The position numbers and the translations under genes were made by a program. From an uncultured Bacilli bacterium (GTDB taxonomy: Bacteria; Bacillota_I; Bacilli_A; RF39; UBA660): DNA of 64,000 nucleotides. The notes under the pieces were generated by a model. The model was not told where the DNA came from and made no database searches. It saw only the letters and a list, made by a program, of their open reading frames with translations. Of this stretch, positions 17,927 to 28,342 are shown piece after piece (the stretch's first letter is position 1; each line of letters begins with the position of its first letter). Location of the stretch: positions 7,031 through 71,030 of the forward strand of contig CAKPHO010000004.1 in assembly GCA_934162195.1 (NCBI GenBank). Reading direction: 5' to 3'.

Positions 17927-17955
17927 ATTTTAGCATTATTATTATTGTTAGTCAA
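17927..17955 (-). promoter_or_regulatory. putative promoter of the Ser T-box operon
   Basis: Minus-strand TTGACT (17950-17955), 17-nt spacer, TAAAAT (17927-17932). Confidence 0.45.
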
Positions 17956-18095
17956 ATGTTTTGCAAGATTTATTTATACTTTATTCACAAGTATATGGAA
18001 ATCCTGCATAATTTTCTTTAATTAAATCAAAGTTAAAACTTTAAATATACTTTTTATCACTTTTACATCATTTTTAGAATATTCTTTTTCATGCA

Positions 18096-18119
18096 ACAAA
18101 AAACCCTTATAAAAAGGGA
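18096..18119 (-). terminator. intrinsic terminator after tRNA-Cys
   Basis: Minus-strand CCCTT-tttat-AAGGG hairpin followed by T6. Confidence 0.55.
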
Positions 18120-18130
18120 TGGTTACAATC

Positions 18131-18204
18131 TGGAGGGCCTAGTCGGATTTGAACCAACGATCAGGGAGTTGCAGTCCCACGCCTTACCACTTGGCTATAG
18201 ACCC
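18131..18204 (-). tRNA. tRNA-Cys (anticodon GCA)
   Basis: 74-nt cloverleaf on the minus strand: acceptor GGGTCTA/TAGGCCC, anticodon arm GGGA-CTGCAAC-TCCC, T arm GTTGGTTCAAATCCGAC, and an encoded CCA end. Confidence 0.9.
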
Positions 18205-18316
18205 ATCTGCGAGTACAAATTGATTATAGCAAATATTTATTTGAAATTCAATACTTTTTAATATTATATTTAAAAAAGTCCTAGAGATTACAAAAAAGAG
18301 AAAATTTTACTTTTCT

Positions 18317-20362
18317 CTATTTATATTTCTTTAATAAATCTTCAGTTTCTTTTGTTTTTCTAATTAAGTCGTAAGTAATAATTGAATTAGAGACTGCGAC
18401 TACATCTTCCGCATGTTTTGTATTCTTTTCAATATAATCTATCGTAACAGGAAGTGTTGGATCAATCAAGAATGCTTCTCCTGTTTGATTATTATAATAA
18501 ATTTTATTAGTTAACCAGTTTCCATCTGGAAATACAACTATGTTCTCATCAATACTAAACATATCATGACCTAAAGCATATTCACTTTCAAAACCAAACA
18601 TATTACCTAAAGTTGGAAGAACATCGTACATACCCATAACTTCATTTACTTCAACATTAAACTCTTGATCTTTAGTCCAAATAATAAATGGAACTTTACG
18701 ATTTAACTCGTATTCATAAGTATCAACCTTATGATAATCAGGATCATTTACATCAAGCATAGTTCCTGTTTCAGGATCATAGTTATACATATATTCATAT
18801 TCACTTGTCTTTAATTTAGCATCATGATCACCATATATAACAATAACAGTATTATCTAATAATCCTTCTTTATCTAATCCTTTAATAAACTCTCCAATAG
18901 CTTCATCGGCATAATGGATAGATTTTAGATAGTTACCCATTGTTGTTCCTTCTAAATAATGCTGCGTTGTAGTAATAATTTCATTAGTTTTAGGATCAAT
19001 AGTTTCTTTTTCTATGTCAACACTATAATCACTAAATGGAGTTATATATGAAAATGGTGTGTGATTTGTTAACATAATAAGAGTTCCATAGAAATTATTA
19101 TGTTCTTTATTTATATCTTTAATTTTAGAAACAGATTGTTTAAAGAATGACTTGTCAGATAATCCTAAGCCAATTGTTTCATCTATAGTATAGTCATTTG
19201 TATAATTATAAAAATGATCATATCCAAAACTTTCATGTAATAAATTACGATTCCAAAAAGTACCATTATTACCATGCATACTAAAGGTATAATAACCTTG
19301 CATTTTTAAAAGTTTAGGAATTGTTACATATTCGCGGTCATAATAATTTATTGCAACTGTTCCTGAAGAAGCAGGAGTTAAACTAGTATTAAAAGTAAAT
19401 TCACTATCACTACTAGTTCCTACGCTCTCTTGTGAATAAAAGTTGGAAAAATAAATTCCCTCTTTAGCTAATTTATTCATGTTTGGAGTTAACTCTTTTC
19501 CGTTGAAACTTAAACTCATAGTAAATTGTTGGAAACTTTCTGCATGAATTACAATAACATTTTTCCCTTTAAAAATATCTGTATATTGATTATTTTTCTT
19601 TTCTTTTTGATTTTCTTCATAATAATCTCTAAAGATTTTAAAATTACTATCATAACCAAACATACTGTTTATTTTTGGTGTTAAATTACTTATTAAATCA
19701 CTTATTTGATAAGTATAGATTCCATATCGCATTACAATATATTCTCTATTCCATTGTTTAAGTAATCTTCCAATATCAGTTGAAGATAAAGTTATAATAA
19801 ATAGTAGTAAAAAACTTACTCCTGTTATTATTGTATTCTTAAATAATTTTTTATTTGATTTTTCTTTAGTTCTACGAACTTTTTTAGCATCAACAGTTAC
19901 ATAAACAAATATTAGCGCAAAAATTTGCCATAAGTAAGAGAAATCCTTTAATTCCATGATATTTTCAACTACAGCATCTCCAACATCAACTATTTGTAAT
20001 GAAGTTGCTAAAAGTGAAAAAGATCCAAATGATAAATAATTCGTATAATACATTGAATTAATAACACATATAGCTACAAATATTATAGATACTGTTAAAA
20101 GATATTTAAATCTATTCTTAGGTTTAAATAAGTAGTTAAATGATCCTAATATTATTACCATTATTAAGTCACCAATGATAGGTCTAATTGAAAAATAATT
20201 TTTTACTGTTAAAAATCTTAATAGACAACCATTAATGACTGATGATAGGACAAAAATTAAAAATAAACTATTTTCCTTCAAATAACTTTTAAAATCAAAA
20301 TTTTTAATTTTATCTATTATTTTATTTTTTATATTTATAAGTTTTTCTTTCAAAACAACCAC
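18317..20362 (-). CDS. ltaS: LTA synthase family protein (polyglycerol-phosphate transferase, sulfatase domain)
   Basis: Five N-terminal TM helices plus an extracellular sulfatase-like domain (VIHAESFQ, SQESVGTSSDSEF, GDHD). GTG start. Confidence 0.85.
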   Translation of the reverse strand: MVVLKEKLINIKNKIIDKIKNFDFKSYLKENSLFLIFVLSSVINGCLLRFLTVKNYFSIRPIIGDLIMVIILGSFNYLFKPKNRFKYLLTVSIIFVAICVINSMYYTNYLSFGSFSLLATSLQIVDVGDAVVENIMELKDFSYLWQIFALIFVYVTVDAKKVRRTKEKSNKKLFKNTIITGVSFLLLFIITLSSTDIGRLLKQWNREYIVMRYGIYTYQISDLISNLTPKINSMFGYDSNFKIFRDYYEENQKEKKNNQYTDIFKGKNVIVIHAESFQQFTMSLSFNGKELTPNMNKLAKEGIYFSNFYSQESVGTSSDSEFTFNTSLTPASSGTVAINYYDREYVTIPKLLKMQGYYTFSMHGNNGTFWNRNLLHESFGYDHFYNYTNDYTIDETIGLGLSDKSFFKQSVSKIKDINKEHNNFYGTLIMLTNHTPFSYITPFSDYSVDIEKETIDPKTNEIITTTQHYLEGTTMGNYLKSIHYADEAIGEFIKGLDKEGLLDNTVIVIYGDHDAKLKTSEYEYMYNYDPETGTMLDVNDPDYHKVDTYEYELNRKVPFIIWTKDQEFNVEVNEVMGMYDVLPTLGNMFGFESEYALGHDMFSIDENIVVFPDGNWLTNKIYYNNQTGEAFLIDPTLPVTIDYIEKNTKHAEDVVAVSNSIITYDLIRKTKETEDLLKKYK

Positions 20363-20410
20363 CTCAATAGCTGTGATAAGTATATCACTTTTTATTTATT
20401 TTTTCAATTT

Positions 20411-20437
20411 CAAAAAAAAACGAGACATTGTCTCGTC
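20411..20437 (-). terminator. intrinsic terminator downstream of the yihY-like gene
   Basis: Minus-strand CGAGA-caatg-TCTCG hairpin followed by T9. Confidence 0.6.
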
Positions 20438-20570
20438 AAAAAAGGAGAATTCGTTACCTTCCAAATAAAATACTTGTTAGTTCACAGTAAAACTAGATTA
20501 AGTACTTATTTAGTCTGTGTTAAATACATATAGGTAACAATATATGTACAAACTTATTATGTTCCCTTTT

Positions 20571-21395
20571 TTAGTTTTTATTATCTAAATAATTTTTATA
20601 AGAGTTAGCATTAATAGCCATTCCAAAAACAAGAATATATGATAAGAAATAAATCCATAACATTAATACAATTATATTTGTAAGGTTCCCATAAAACATA
20701 TTATAATTTCCAATATTAGATACATAATAAGAATAAATTATGGTTATAAAAATCCAACCAAGTGTTGTAAATATTGTACCCTTTGTATTAAATTTGCTAG
20801 GAATATGGCTATCTGGCGCTATTGAATATATTAGTTTTACCATAAAAAAGATTATGAATAAAGCAAGTGGCCATTTTAACCAAAAATAAACTTTGTATGC
20901 AAGTGCACTTATAGGTTGAAGTACTTTTAAACTTAAAAGAAAAGCAACTATATGATTTCCGAATGCCAAAACAATTAATGTAAAAACAAAGGATAATAAT
21001 AATAGTATAGTTAAAATTAAGGCTTTTATACGTCTTTTTAAGTAATTAGAATGTGGTATCCCATATAATGTATTTGATGTAATAATAATAGAATGTGGTC
21101 CATTAGATGCTAGCACAAAACCAACTGCAGTTGAAAGACCAATACTAAGATTTAATCCTTCCCCATTTATATATGATATAAATATTTCGCTAACTCCTTT
21201 AGGTAATATTTCATTCATTGCATAAATAACATTTGTAAAAGGTACTTTAAATGTTGAACATATAAAACCAAGTAATACAACAGTAGGAATAATTGATAAA
21301 ACTAAAAAGAAAGCCAGTTGTCCTGGTAACACCTTCATCTCTGGTTTTATTACAATACTATATATTTGACTAATAACCTTTTTTATTTCTTTCAT
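20571..21395 (-). CDS. YihY/virulence factor BrkB family membrane protein
   Basis: 274 aa and polytopic. LPGQLAFFLVLSIIP N-terminal signature typical of the YihY/RNase BN-like family. Confidence 0.75.
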   Translation of the reverse strand: MKEIKKVISQIYSIVIKPEMKVLPGQLAFFLVLSIIPTVVLLGFICSTFKVPFTNVIYAMNEILPKGVSEIFISYINGEGLNLSIGLSTAVGFVLASNGPHSIIITSNTLYGIPHSNYLKRRIKALILTILLLLSFVFTLIVLAFGNHIVAFLLSLKVLQPISALAYKVYFWLKWPLALFIIFFMVKLIYSIAPDSHIPSKFNTKGTIFTTLGWIFITIIYSYYVSNIGNYNMFYGNLTNIIVLMLWIYFLSYILVFGMAINANSYKNYLDNKN

Positions 21396-21419
21396 TTTAT
21401 CACCACTACTATTAATATA

Positions 21420-23633
21420 TCAAAAATTGTTTTTATTTACAAATTTGACTTTATTAGAAATAAAATCAATATCTTTCTTATCAAAGAGATTAAATCTAAT
21501 TGAATTAATACCAATTTTATATAAATTATCTATGTTCATATTTAATCTTTCACTATTAAATATATACATTAAGTCATTCTTTTCTTTAATTGGATATACC
21601 TTGTTATAACGATCTTTTAAATAAATATTTTGATTGTTATATAACTTATTTAAATTAAATTTACTAACCATCATTTCCTGTCTACCAAATACTATTAATT
21701 CTAAATTAGGATTACTATTATATCTTTTATTATACTCTTCTATTATCTCTTTTATTTCATCAAGAGAAAGTTCATAGGAAAGAGTTACTTTTTTTACACC
21801 TAAGGTATGTAAAAAGTGAACGGTATAGGAGTTAGTAACATTTAAAGAAAAATCACTTGAATCTATATTTTTATAAATCAAACTACCAATCTCACCTATC
21901 ATAACCGGTTTATCATAACTAATATAGTTGTAATTTACACGTGGTATTTTCAATATTAATCTTTTATCATCATTTTCAAGTAAACTTATATCATCAGTAT
22001 AAATTTTATCAACATTTAAGTTTTTTATTTGATTATAAAGCGAAGAATCCTCTAATAAAACAGAAACTTCTTTTCTATTATTTACTTCTATCTTAGAAAA
22101 ACAAACTTCTTTTTTTTCGTAAGCTTTTTTATATTTTCTTTTTTCTAATAATAACTCAATAGCTTTTCTTCTTATTTCGTTTAGTTCCTTGTTATTAACA
22201 TAAACATTATCATCTTTATAAATACTAATATTATTAAGGACAAATGGCGTATTTCCTAGTTTACTTAATTGTTTTGTTATAAGTTTCTCATCTAAAGGAG
22301 CATTATTTGCTTCGTAAACAGAACCATCTAAAACACACACAGTATTTATCCCATCAGTTAATTCTAATTTAATATTACTTCCAATTTTTAAAGTGACAGA
22401 CATATCGATTTTGATTTTTTTATTAATTCCATTAGTATACGTTTTTAAATTATTTAACTGTTTAATATCCGTTGTTTTAGAAACAGTACTATTTAATGTT
22501 ACTTTTTCTCCAACGTATAGAGTAACTGTATCTCCCTTTTTAGCTTCTTTTATTTTTTTATTATCTTTTGTCATACTTGTAACAATAAATCCATAATCAT
22601 TGTCAACTATTCTTATACCATCACCAGTATTTAAATCATCTTCTAGTTTTATTTTAATAATATTTTTATTAACATAAACAATTTTACCTATTCTTATTCC
22701 CGCGTGATTAGGTCTATAATCATTAGTTATTTTATCATTATGCTCATTAAATAAAAATCCTTTTGTAAAGTCACGATTAAATATCTTTTTTAATTCTTTA
22801 ATATCATTGTTTGAAATAGTGACTGTACCGCTTTCAAAATATGAATCTATTGCTTTACGATATAAAGATACAACCAAGTATACATACTCAGCTCTTTTCA
22901 TGCGCCCTTCAATTTTAAAACTATCTATTCCACTTTCAATTAGTTTATCAATATTATCTAATGTAAATAAATCCTTAGTACTTAAGGGATAACTGTGTTT
23001 ATTTAGTTTAATGTTATCTTTATCAATAACATCAAATGGCAATCTGCAAGTCCCAGCGCAAGCTCCTCTATTACCACTTCTACCACCAATTATACTACTC
23101 ATCAAACATTGACCAGAATAACTTATGCAAAGAGCGCCATGAACAAACACCTCTAAATCAACAGATGTGTTTTTTTTAATCTCTTTAATTAAATCTATAC
23201 TTGTTTCACGCGCAAGTACTACTCTTTTGATACCTAGTTTCTCGCATATTCTAACGCCTTCTAAGTTATGAATATGCATTTGTGTTGATGCATGTATTTC
23301 TAAATTAGGGTATGTTTTTCTAACTAAATCAACCATTCCTAAATCTTGAATAATAATAGCATCTACATTATTTTGGTGAAGAAAATCAATGTAATTCATA
23401 AATCTTGCTACTTCATTTTCTTTTATTAAAGTATTAACTGTTACATATACTTTTACACCATACACATGACATAAATCAATTGCTTCTTTTAACTCATCTA
23501 AATCAAAATTAGGTGCAAAAGCACGAGCACCAAAGGAATAACCACTAAGATAAACAGCATCACACCCAGCATTAATAGCAGCTATTAATGCTTCTTTAGA
23601 ACCTACTGGTGCTAATAACTCTGGTTTTTTCAT
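21420..23633 (-). CDS. peptidase U32 family protein (long form)
   Basis: Start at ATG 23633. MKKPELLAPVGSKEALIAAINAGCDAVYLSG and the E..VHGALC...SGQC motifs are typical of U32 (PrtC-like). Confidence 0.85.
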   Translation of the reverse strand: MKKPELLAPVGSKEALIAAINAGCDAVYLSGYSFGARAFAPNFDLDELKEAIDLCHVYGVKVYVTVNTLIKENEVARFMNYIDFLHQNNVDAIIIQDLGMVDLVRKTYPNLEIHASTQMHIHNLEGVRICEKLGIKRVVLARETSIDLIKEIKKNTSVDLEVFVHGALCISYSGQCLMSSIIGGRSGNRGACAGTCRLPFDVIDKDNIKLNKHSYPLSTKDLFTLDNIDKLIESGIDSFKIEGRMKRAEYVYLVVSLYRKAIDSYFESGTVTISNNDIKELKKIFNRDFTKGFLFNEHNDKITNDYRPNHAGIRIGKIVYVNKNIIKIKLEDDLNTGDGIRIVDNDYGFIVTSMTKDNKKIKEAKKGDTVTLYVGEKVTLNSTVSKTTDIKQLNNLKTYTNGINKKIKIDMSVTLKIGSNIKLELTDGINTVCVLDGSVYEANNAPLDEKLITKQLSKLGNTPFVLNNISIYKDDNVYVNNKELNEIRRKAIELLLEKRKYKKAYEKKEVCFSKIEVNNRKEVSVLLEDSSLYNQIKNLNVDKIYTDDISLLENDDKRLILKIPRVNYNYISYDKPVMIGEIGSLIYKNIDSSDFSLNVTNSYTVHFLHTLGVKKVTLSYELSLDEIKEIIEEYNKRYNSNPNLELIVFGRQEMMVSKFNLNKLYNNQNIYLKDRYNKVYPIKEKNDLMYIFNSERLNMNIDNLYKIGINSIRFNLFDKKDIDFISNKVKFVNKNNF

Positions 23634-23656
23634 TCTAAAACCTCCTAAAAAAGTTG

Positions 23657-24028
23657 CTAATGGCAACCTTGTATACTTTTATATTCATCATATGTATAAA
23701 CATATTTATTATTTTGATATTCAATTTTAATGCATCCTCTAACTTTTGTCTCTGTTTCAGGATCTAAAATATCTTTATTTTCTAATAAACCACTTTTCTT
23801 TAAATCTTCTATTTGTAAATAATAAGGTTCCGTTTCTGACAATAAATCTGTATTTTGTGCTCCCCACATTCTAGCAATATTTTCTAAAGATTCTTTTTGG
23901 CTTTTAGATAAATTACTACTAGAATCATTAAAAACATCATCAATAACAGGGTAAATTATTAAAACAAGTACTCCTAGTATTGTTATGACACCTATTAATT
24001 CTACTAAAGTAAATCCATTTTTTTTCAT
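23657..24028 (-). CDS. prepilin-type N-terminal domain protein (short, ComGC/minor-pilin-like, D)
   Basis: Start at ATG 24028 behind AGGTGAT. MKKNGFTLVELIGVITILGVLVLIIYPVI is a class III signal with E+5. 123 aa. Confidence 0.75.
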   Translation of the reverse strand: MKKNGFTLVELIGVITILGVLVLIIYPVIDDVFNDSSSNLSKSQKESLENIARMWGAQNTDLLSETEPYYLQIEDLKKSGLLENKDILDPETETKVRGCIKIEYQNNKYVYTYDEYKSIQGCH

Positions 24029-24065
24029 TCTATCACCTATAAAAATTATAATATACTTTTTATAA

Positions 24066-24102
24066 AAACACAAGAAAAGAAATAATCAAAATTGATTATT
24101 TC
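24066..24102 (-). terminator. intrinsic terminator after the zinc-ribbon gene
   Basis: Perfect 10-bp hairpin GAAATAATCA/TGATTATTTC followed on the minus strand by a T-rich run. Confidence 0.65.
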
Positions 24103-24229
24103 TAAAGTGAGTAAGGAGTGTATTTATTTCTATTAATTTATATTTTATTTTATTTCTTTCTTAATTATCACCTCCACTATAATAAGTGTACCAGACAATT
24201 ATGAAATTTTTTTGTTAGATATGTGAATT

Positions 24230-24916
24230 TTATATTTTTTTACCACATAAGAAGCAAGTTGTTGCGGATGGTGATAGCGGAGCACCACAATTTGGGCAAA
24301 TTTTATTACCATTTTCGTTAATTTTAACTTCTTCTTTAACTTCCTCTTTTGGTTCTTCTATAACTGGCTTTGGTTTTAAATCTTCTGGATTAACATCATG
24401 TATTTTAGCTTTTATTGGTTCATCAGAAGCTCCAAATATAGATAATTTTTTCTCAGAAGTAACTTTATTTTCTAATTTATTTAAAGGTACAGTATTATTT
24501 TCATCATCTATGTCTATTATTTCTATATTATCATCTTTTTTTATTTCATCATCGATTTTTTCATCATATATTGAAGTTGATGTAACTTTGTTTTTCTCAT
24601 CAATATATTCATTATTTACTAGCTCCATCAAATCATCGCGTATATCTTTTTTAGGAACATTAACAGTCTTTACATTTGGATTTAATTCTTCATATCCAAA
24701 ATCATTTTGATCTACTACAATATCTATTTTTTTACCATCACGGGCTTTATATTTAGGAACGTTAGAATAATCCTTTGGTTGATATATATATTCATCATAT
24801 GAATTATCAACCGTTTGCTTTTGAATTTTATCTTTAGTATCAAATAAAGACTTTTGATCATCCAAATAAGAATTTGAACTGTCTTTTGCTACTTGTTTAT
24901 TAAAAAATAACCCCAT
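24230..24916 (-). CDS. zinc-ribbon domain-containing protein
   Basis: C-terminal CPNCGAPLSPSATTCFLCG zinc ribbon. The rest is a charged, low-complexity region. Confidence 0.6.
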   Translation of the reverse strand: MGLFFNKQVAKDSSNSYLDDQKSLFDTKDKIQKQTVDNSYDEYIYQPKDYSNVPKYKARDGKKIDIVVDQNDFGYEELNPNVKTVNVPKKDIRDDLMELVNNEYIDEKNKVTSTSIYDEKIDDEIKKDDNIEIIDIDDENNTVPLNKLENKVTSEKKLSIFGASDEPIKAKIHDVNPEDLKPKPVIEEPKEEVKEEVKINENGNKICPNCGAPLSPSATTCFLCGKKI

Positions 24917-24933
24917 ATTATTCCTCCTAACTA

Positions 24934-25194
24934 TTAATCTCTATTAATATTTCGTAAATTATTTACTCTATTTCTAAAATCAGTTGAATGATTAAAATCA
25001 TTTTGATTATTTACTTCTGTTTTTCTTTCGAATGTTTTATTTTCAAAGTTTTTATATTTTAAATTGTTCATTTCTTCTTGCACTTGTTCAACTGTCTTAC
25101 GGCCAAGTTTTGCATAATTACTAAACTTGCCATTATTATATTGATTATTGTTACTACTGCTTACAAAAGGATTTTTTTGAAAACTATTATTCAT
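24934..25194 (-). CDS. hypothetical N/Q-rich small protein
   Basis: 86 aa. Overlaps the rnhB stop by 8 nt. No motif recognised. Confidence 0.45.
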   Translation of the reverse strand: MNNSFQKNPFVSSSNNNQYNNGKFSNYAKLGRKTVEQVQEEMNNLKYKNFENKTFERKTEVNNQNDFNHSTDFRNRVNNLRNINRD

Positions 25195-25816
25195 GTTCTA
25201 CCTCCAAGATTTCTTTTATAGGTCCATAACTCTTTCTATAACCATCAATCAAACCATATTTATGAATTGCTTCTAAATGTTTCTTTGTTGGGTAACCCTT
25301 ATGCGAAGCAAATCCATATTCTGGATGTAATTTATCTAAATCATACATCATTTTATCTCTAGTTACTTTAGCTATAACGCTTGCCGCTGCTATACTAATG
25401 CTTTTAGCATCACCTTTAATAATAGATGTTGTTGGTATATCCATATCAATAGGCATAGCGTCTATTAAGACATGTTCTAAAGGAATGCTTTTTCTAACTT
25501 CATTTATAGCTCTAATCATAGCTTGCCTACTTGCCTCGTAAATATTCATCTCATCTATTTCTTCTGGAGTACACATTCCTATCGCATAACACACTGCATG
25601 TTCTTTTATATAGTCATAAAAAAGATTTCTCTTTTTTTCACTTAATTTTTTTGAATCAGTCAAACCCTCTAATTTAAAATCTAAAGGTAAGACTACACAA
25701 GCAGTTACTACCGGCCCAACTAAAGGTCCTCTACCTACTTCATCTACTCCACCTATATATTTTAACCCTTTATCATATAATTCATGTTCATATTTATATA
25801 AATCAAACTCTTCCAT
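25187..25816 (-). CDS. rnhB: ribonuclease HII
   Basis: GVDEVGRGPLVGPVV catalytic motif. 209 aa. Confidence 0.92.
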   Translation of the reverse strand: MEEFDLYKYEHELYDKGLKYIGGVDEVGRGPLVGPVVTACVVLPLDFKLEGLTDSKKLSEKKRNLFYDYIKEHAVCYAIGMCTPEEIDEMNIYEASRQAMIRAINEVRKSIPLEHVLIDAMPIDMDIPTTSIIKGDAKSISIAAASVIAKVTRDKMMYDLDKLHPEYGFASHKGYPTKKHLEAIHKYGLIDGYRKSYGPIKEILEVEHE

Positions 25817-25879
25817 ATTATCACACTACTATTATAGCAAAAACTTTAGAAATATGCTATAATTTACACGGTGATTTAC

Positions 25880-26812
25880 ATGAACTTTAAATATAGTGAC
25901 ACAAATAAACGTTATCACACACTTGATTATTTTTATAAACACAAATTTAATAGTAAAGTTTTTAAAGTTAGTTTGAATGCAGGTTTTACTTGCCCTAATA
26001 TAGATGGTAAATGTGGATATGGTGGATGTATTTATTGTTCTTCTTTAGGTAGTGGTGAATTTGCAGGAAATAAAAATGATGATTTAGTAACTCAATTTAA
26101 TGAAGTTAAAGATATGATATCGAAAAAATGGCCTAACAGTTTATATATCGGTTACTTTCAAGCTAATACTAATACATATGCTCCTGTTAATATTTTGAAA
26201 GAAAAATATGAAACTATTCTAAAACTAGATAATGTTGTTGGTTTAAACATCGCAACTAGGGCTGATAGCATTACCGATGAATGTTTAAACTATTTAGAAG
26301 AATTAAGTAAAAAAACATACCTTACTATAGAACTTGGTTTACAAACAATACACGATGGTACTTCTAAACTTATAAATAGATGTCATAATCTTGATTGTTT
26401 TTATGATATGGTACAAAAATTAAGAGCTAGAAATATAAATGTTGTCGTACATATTATTAATGGTCTGCCATTTGAAACCAAAGATATGATGATTGAAACA
26501 GTTAAGTATCTAAACAATCTTGATATTCAAGGAATTAAAATACATATGTTAAGTATTTTAAAAAATACTGCATTAGAAAAATTATATAATAAAACAAAAT
26601 TTCATGTTCTAACAAAAGAAGAATATATCGATATAGTTTGTGATCAACTAGAATATCTAAGACCAGAAATAGTTATCAATAGAATTACTGGAGATCCAAA
26701 AAAAGAAGACTTAGTTGAACCAAATTGGCTAATAAAGAAGTTTTGTGTTCTAAATGATATTGATAAAGAAATGAAAAAAAGAGATAGTTATCAAGGAATT
26801 AAAGTAAAATAA
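25880..26812 (+). CDS. TIGR01212 family radical SAM protein
   Basis: CPNIDGKCGYGGCIYC cluster motif and YF(Q)A.TNTY are typical of the YtqA/TIGR01212 family. Start placed at ATG 25880. Confidence 0.8.
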   Translation: MNFKYSDTNKRYHTLDYFYKHKFNSKVFKVSLNAGFTCPNIDGKCGYGGCIYCSSLGSGEFAGNKNDDLVTQFNEVKDMISKKWPNSLYIGYFQANTNTYAPVNILKEKYETILKLDNVVGLNIATRADSITDECLNYLEELSKKTYLTIELGLQTIHDGTSKLINRCHNLDCFYDMVQKLRARNINVVVHIINGLPFETKDMMIETVKYLNNLDIQGIKIHMLSILKNTALEKLYNKTKFHVLTKEEYIDIVCDQLEYLRPEIVINRITGDPKKEDLVEPNWLIKKFCVLNDIDKEMKKRDSYQGIKVK

Positions 26813-26870
26813 GCACACATTACCTACTATTTCATATAATTAATTAGAAATGTAAAAGGAGTGTGTATTA

Positions 26871-27149
26871 ATGAAAAAAGATCGTAATTGTGGTGGACCT
26901 TCATATCCAATATATCCTGCTTACCCTGGTGGAATGATGGGAATGCCAATGCCTGGAATGGGAATGATGCCAATGAATCCTTATCCACCACAAACAGTAA
27001 CAAGTACAACTACTACATCTACTACTATTGAACAACAATTATCTAATCTTAACAATCAAATAAATAGTCTAGAAAGAAGAGTTTCAAATCTAGAAAGTTT
27101 AATTGGTAGTGCAAATAAATACAATAATTCAAATTATCAAGTAATGTAA
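26871..27149 (+). CDS. hypothetical small protein, Met/Pro/Gly-rich N-terminus and coiled-coil C-terminus
   Basis: AAAGGAG RBS. PGGMMGMPMPGMGMMPMNPYPP is followed by a Thr/Ser run and a heptad-like LSNLNNQINSLERRVSNLESLIG. Confidence 0.55.
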   Translation: MKKDRNCGGPSYPIYPAYPGGMMGMPMPGMGMMPMNPYPPQTVTSTTTTSTTIEQQLSNLNNQINSLERRVSNLESLIGSANKYNNSNYQVM

Positions 27150-27184
27150 AAAAAAATCACATCAAAATGATGTGATTTTTTTTA
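27148..27184. terminator. bidirectional intrinsic terminator
   Basis: ATCACATC-aaaat-GATGTGAT hairpin flanked by A8 and T9. Serves the convergent genes 26871-27149 (+) and 27188-28288 (-). Confidence 0.8.
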
Positions 27185-27187
27185 TTT

Positions 27188-28288
27188 TTAATTGTTTAAA
27201 ATAGAATTTGGTAACGTTATAACCGGTCGAAGAACACGATATGTTGTTTCCGCCAAACAATTTTCTTGTGAACTCATTAGTGTATCACAATTTGGATGTG
27301 AAAAATTTGTTCCCGTTATATATCCGTCATATCCACTATTTGTTGTACTTACAGTAAGAGTTAGTTCATATTTATTATTTGAGCATCCTCCCATACCATC
27401 TGGTTCACATGTTGTATAGTCAATTTCATCCTTTGTAATTGTTCTCGCTTTTAGGCCACTAAAATCTGATGTATAGCTTTTTGTTGTTGTTTGGCATCCA
27501 GAAGCTCCGTAATAACTGCAATCAGAAGTACCAAAATTTGTAACTACTTTTATCGTTGATGAATATGAATCATCTCTGATTAGTCCTTTACTCCAATTAC
27601 TAGTAATTTCTGATAATTTACTCATTATTAAAGTTGGACCATTGACAGTTCCCCAGCCTGAACTAAATTTAGAATCCGTCATCATTGCTTCAAAAGAATT
27701 TTCATTTCCTGTTGAATTTGCTATTATTAACCAATTATAGCAAGTGTCTCCTGATGTACATTTTTTATAATTCACAGGATCAAATTTAAATTTGGTTCCT
27801 ACTGTACCACCCGAGTAACTACAACTTTTACTTTTAAAGCAGCTTTTAGAAGGAACCGGCTGTGGACTTTTATCAGCAGGTATGGCAATGTAACTTTTAC
27901 TGTTTAAATCATAGCTAACATCATAATCTCCAACAGTTATAGTTGAATCATTTGTTACTTGGCCATCTTTTATTACAACTGTTCCACCTGTTGGTCTATC
28001 TCCATTTGCATCTACCTCTAGTTTTCCATTTGGTAGGCCTGTTCCTATTAAATTACCATCACTATCTATACTATAGCTTCCATTTGGAATAGCTTTCCTA
28101 TTAAGTTCTGAATTAGATATAGCTAACTCTACAGCTCTTATATAATTTTGAGCTGCTATCTCCGCAGATCCTTTCTTTGCATTCTTTATTGTTTTTGTTA
28201 CTATCGGTGTTACTATTAGTGCTATTGTTGCTAACACTACTATTACTGCTAGTAATTCAATTAAAGTAAAACCTTTTTTATTTTTCAT
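27188..28288 (-). CDS. prepilin-type N-terminal domain protein with Cys-rich C-terminal module (paralog E)
   Basis: Start at ATG 28288 behind AGGAGGA. MKNKKGFTLIELLAVIVVLATIALIVTPIV class III signal. Has the pilin module (GDRPTGGTVVIKDGQVTNDSTITVGDYDVSY). Ends in YRVLRPVITLPNSIL. Confidence 0.85.
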   Translation of the reverse strand: MKNKKGFTLIELLAVIVVLATIALIVTPIVTKTIKNAKKGSAEIAAQNYIRAVELAISNSELNRKAIPNGSYSIDSDGNLIGTGLPNGKLEVDANGDRPTGGTVVIKDGQVTNDSTITVGDYDVSYDLNSKSYIAIPADKSPQPVPSKSCFKSKSCSYSGGTVGTKFKFDPVNYKKCTSGDTCYNWLIIANSTGNENSFEAMMTDSKFSSGWGTVNGPTLIMSKLSEITSNWSKGLIRDDSYSSTIKVVTNFGTSDCSYYGASGCQTTTKSYTSDFSGLKARTITKDEIDYTTCEPDGMGGCSNNKYELTLTVSTTNSGYDGYITGTNFSHPNCDTLMSSQENCLAETTYRVLRPVITLPNSILNN

Positions 28289-28342
28289 ATTATCTTTCCT
28301 CCTTCTTTTATTTAGATTTACTTTATTTAGTAAAGGTACATC

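Noticed and set aside
20438-20570. A 130-nt untranslated stretch between the yihY-like stop and its terminator, containing an 8-bp hairpin (TACATATA/TATATGTA) and a near-palindrome around AAGTACTT. Considered as a possible sRNA or 3' UTR element.
   Set aside because: No promoter, no conserved second copy and no recognisable motif. There is not enough evidence to call a feature.
25187-25816. Presence of both RNase HII (25187-25816) and RNase HIII (12895-13854) as something unusual.
   Set aside because: Co-occurrence of rnhB and rnhC is the normal state in many Firmicutes.
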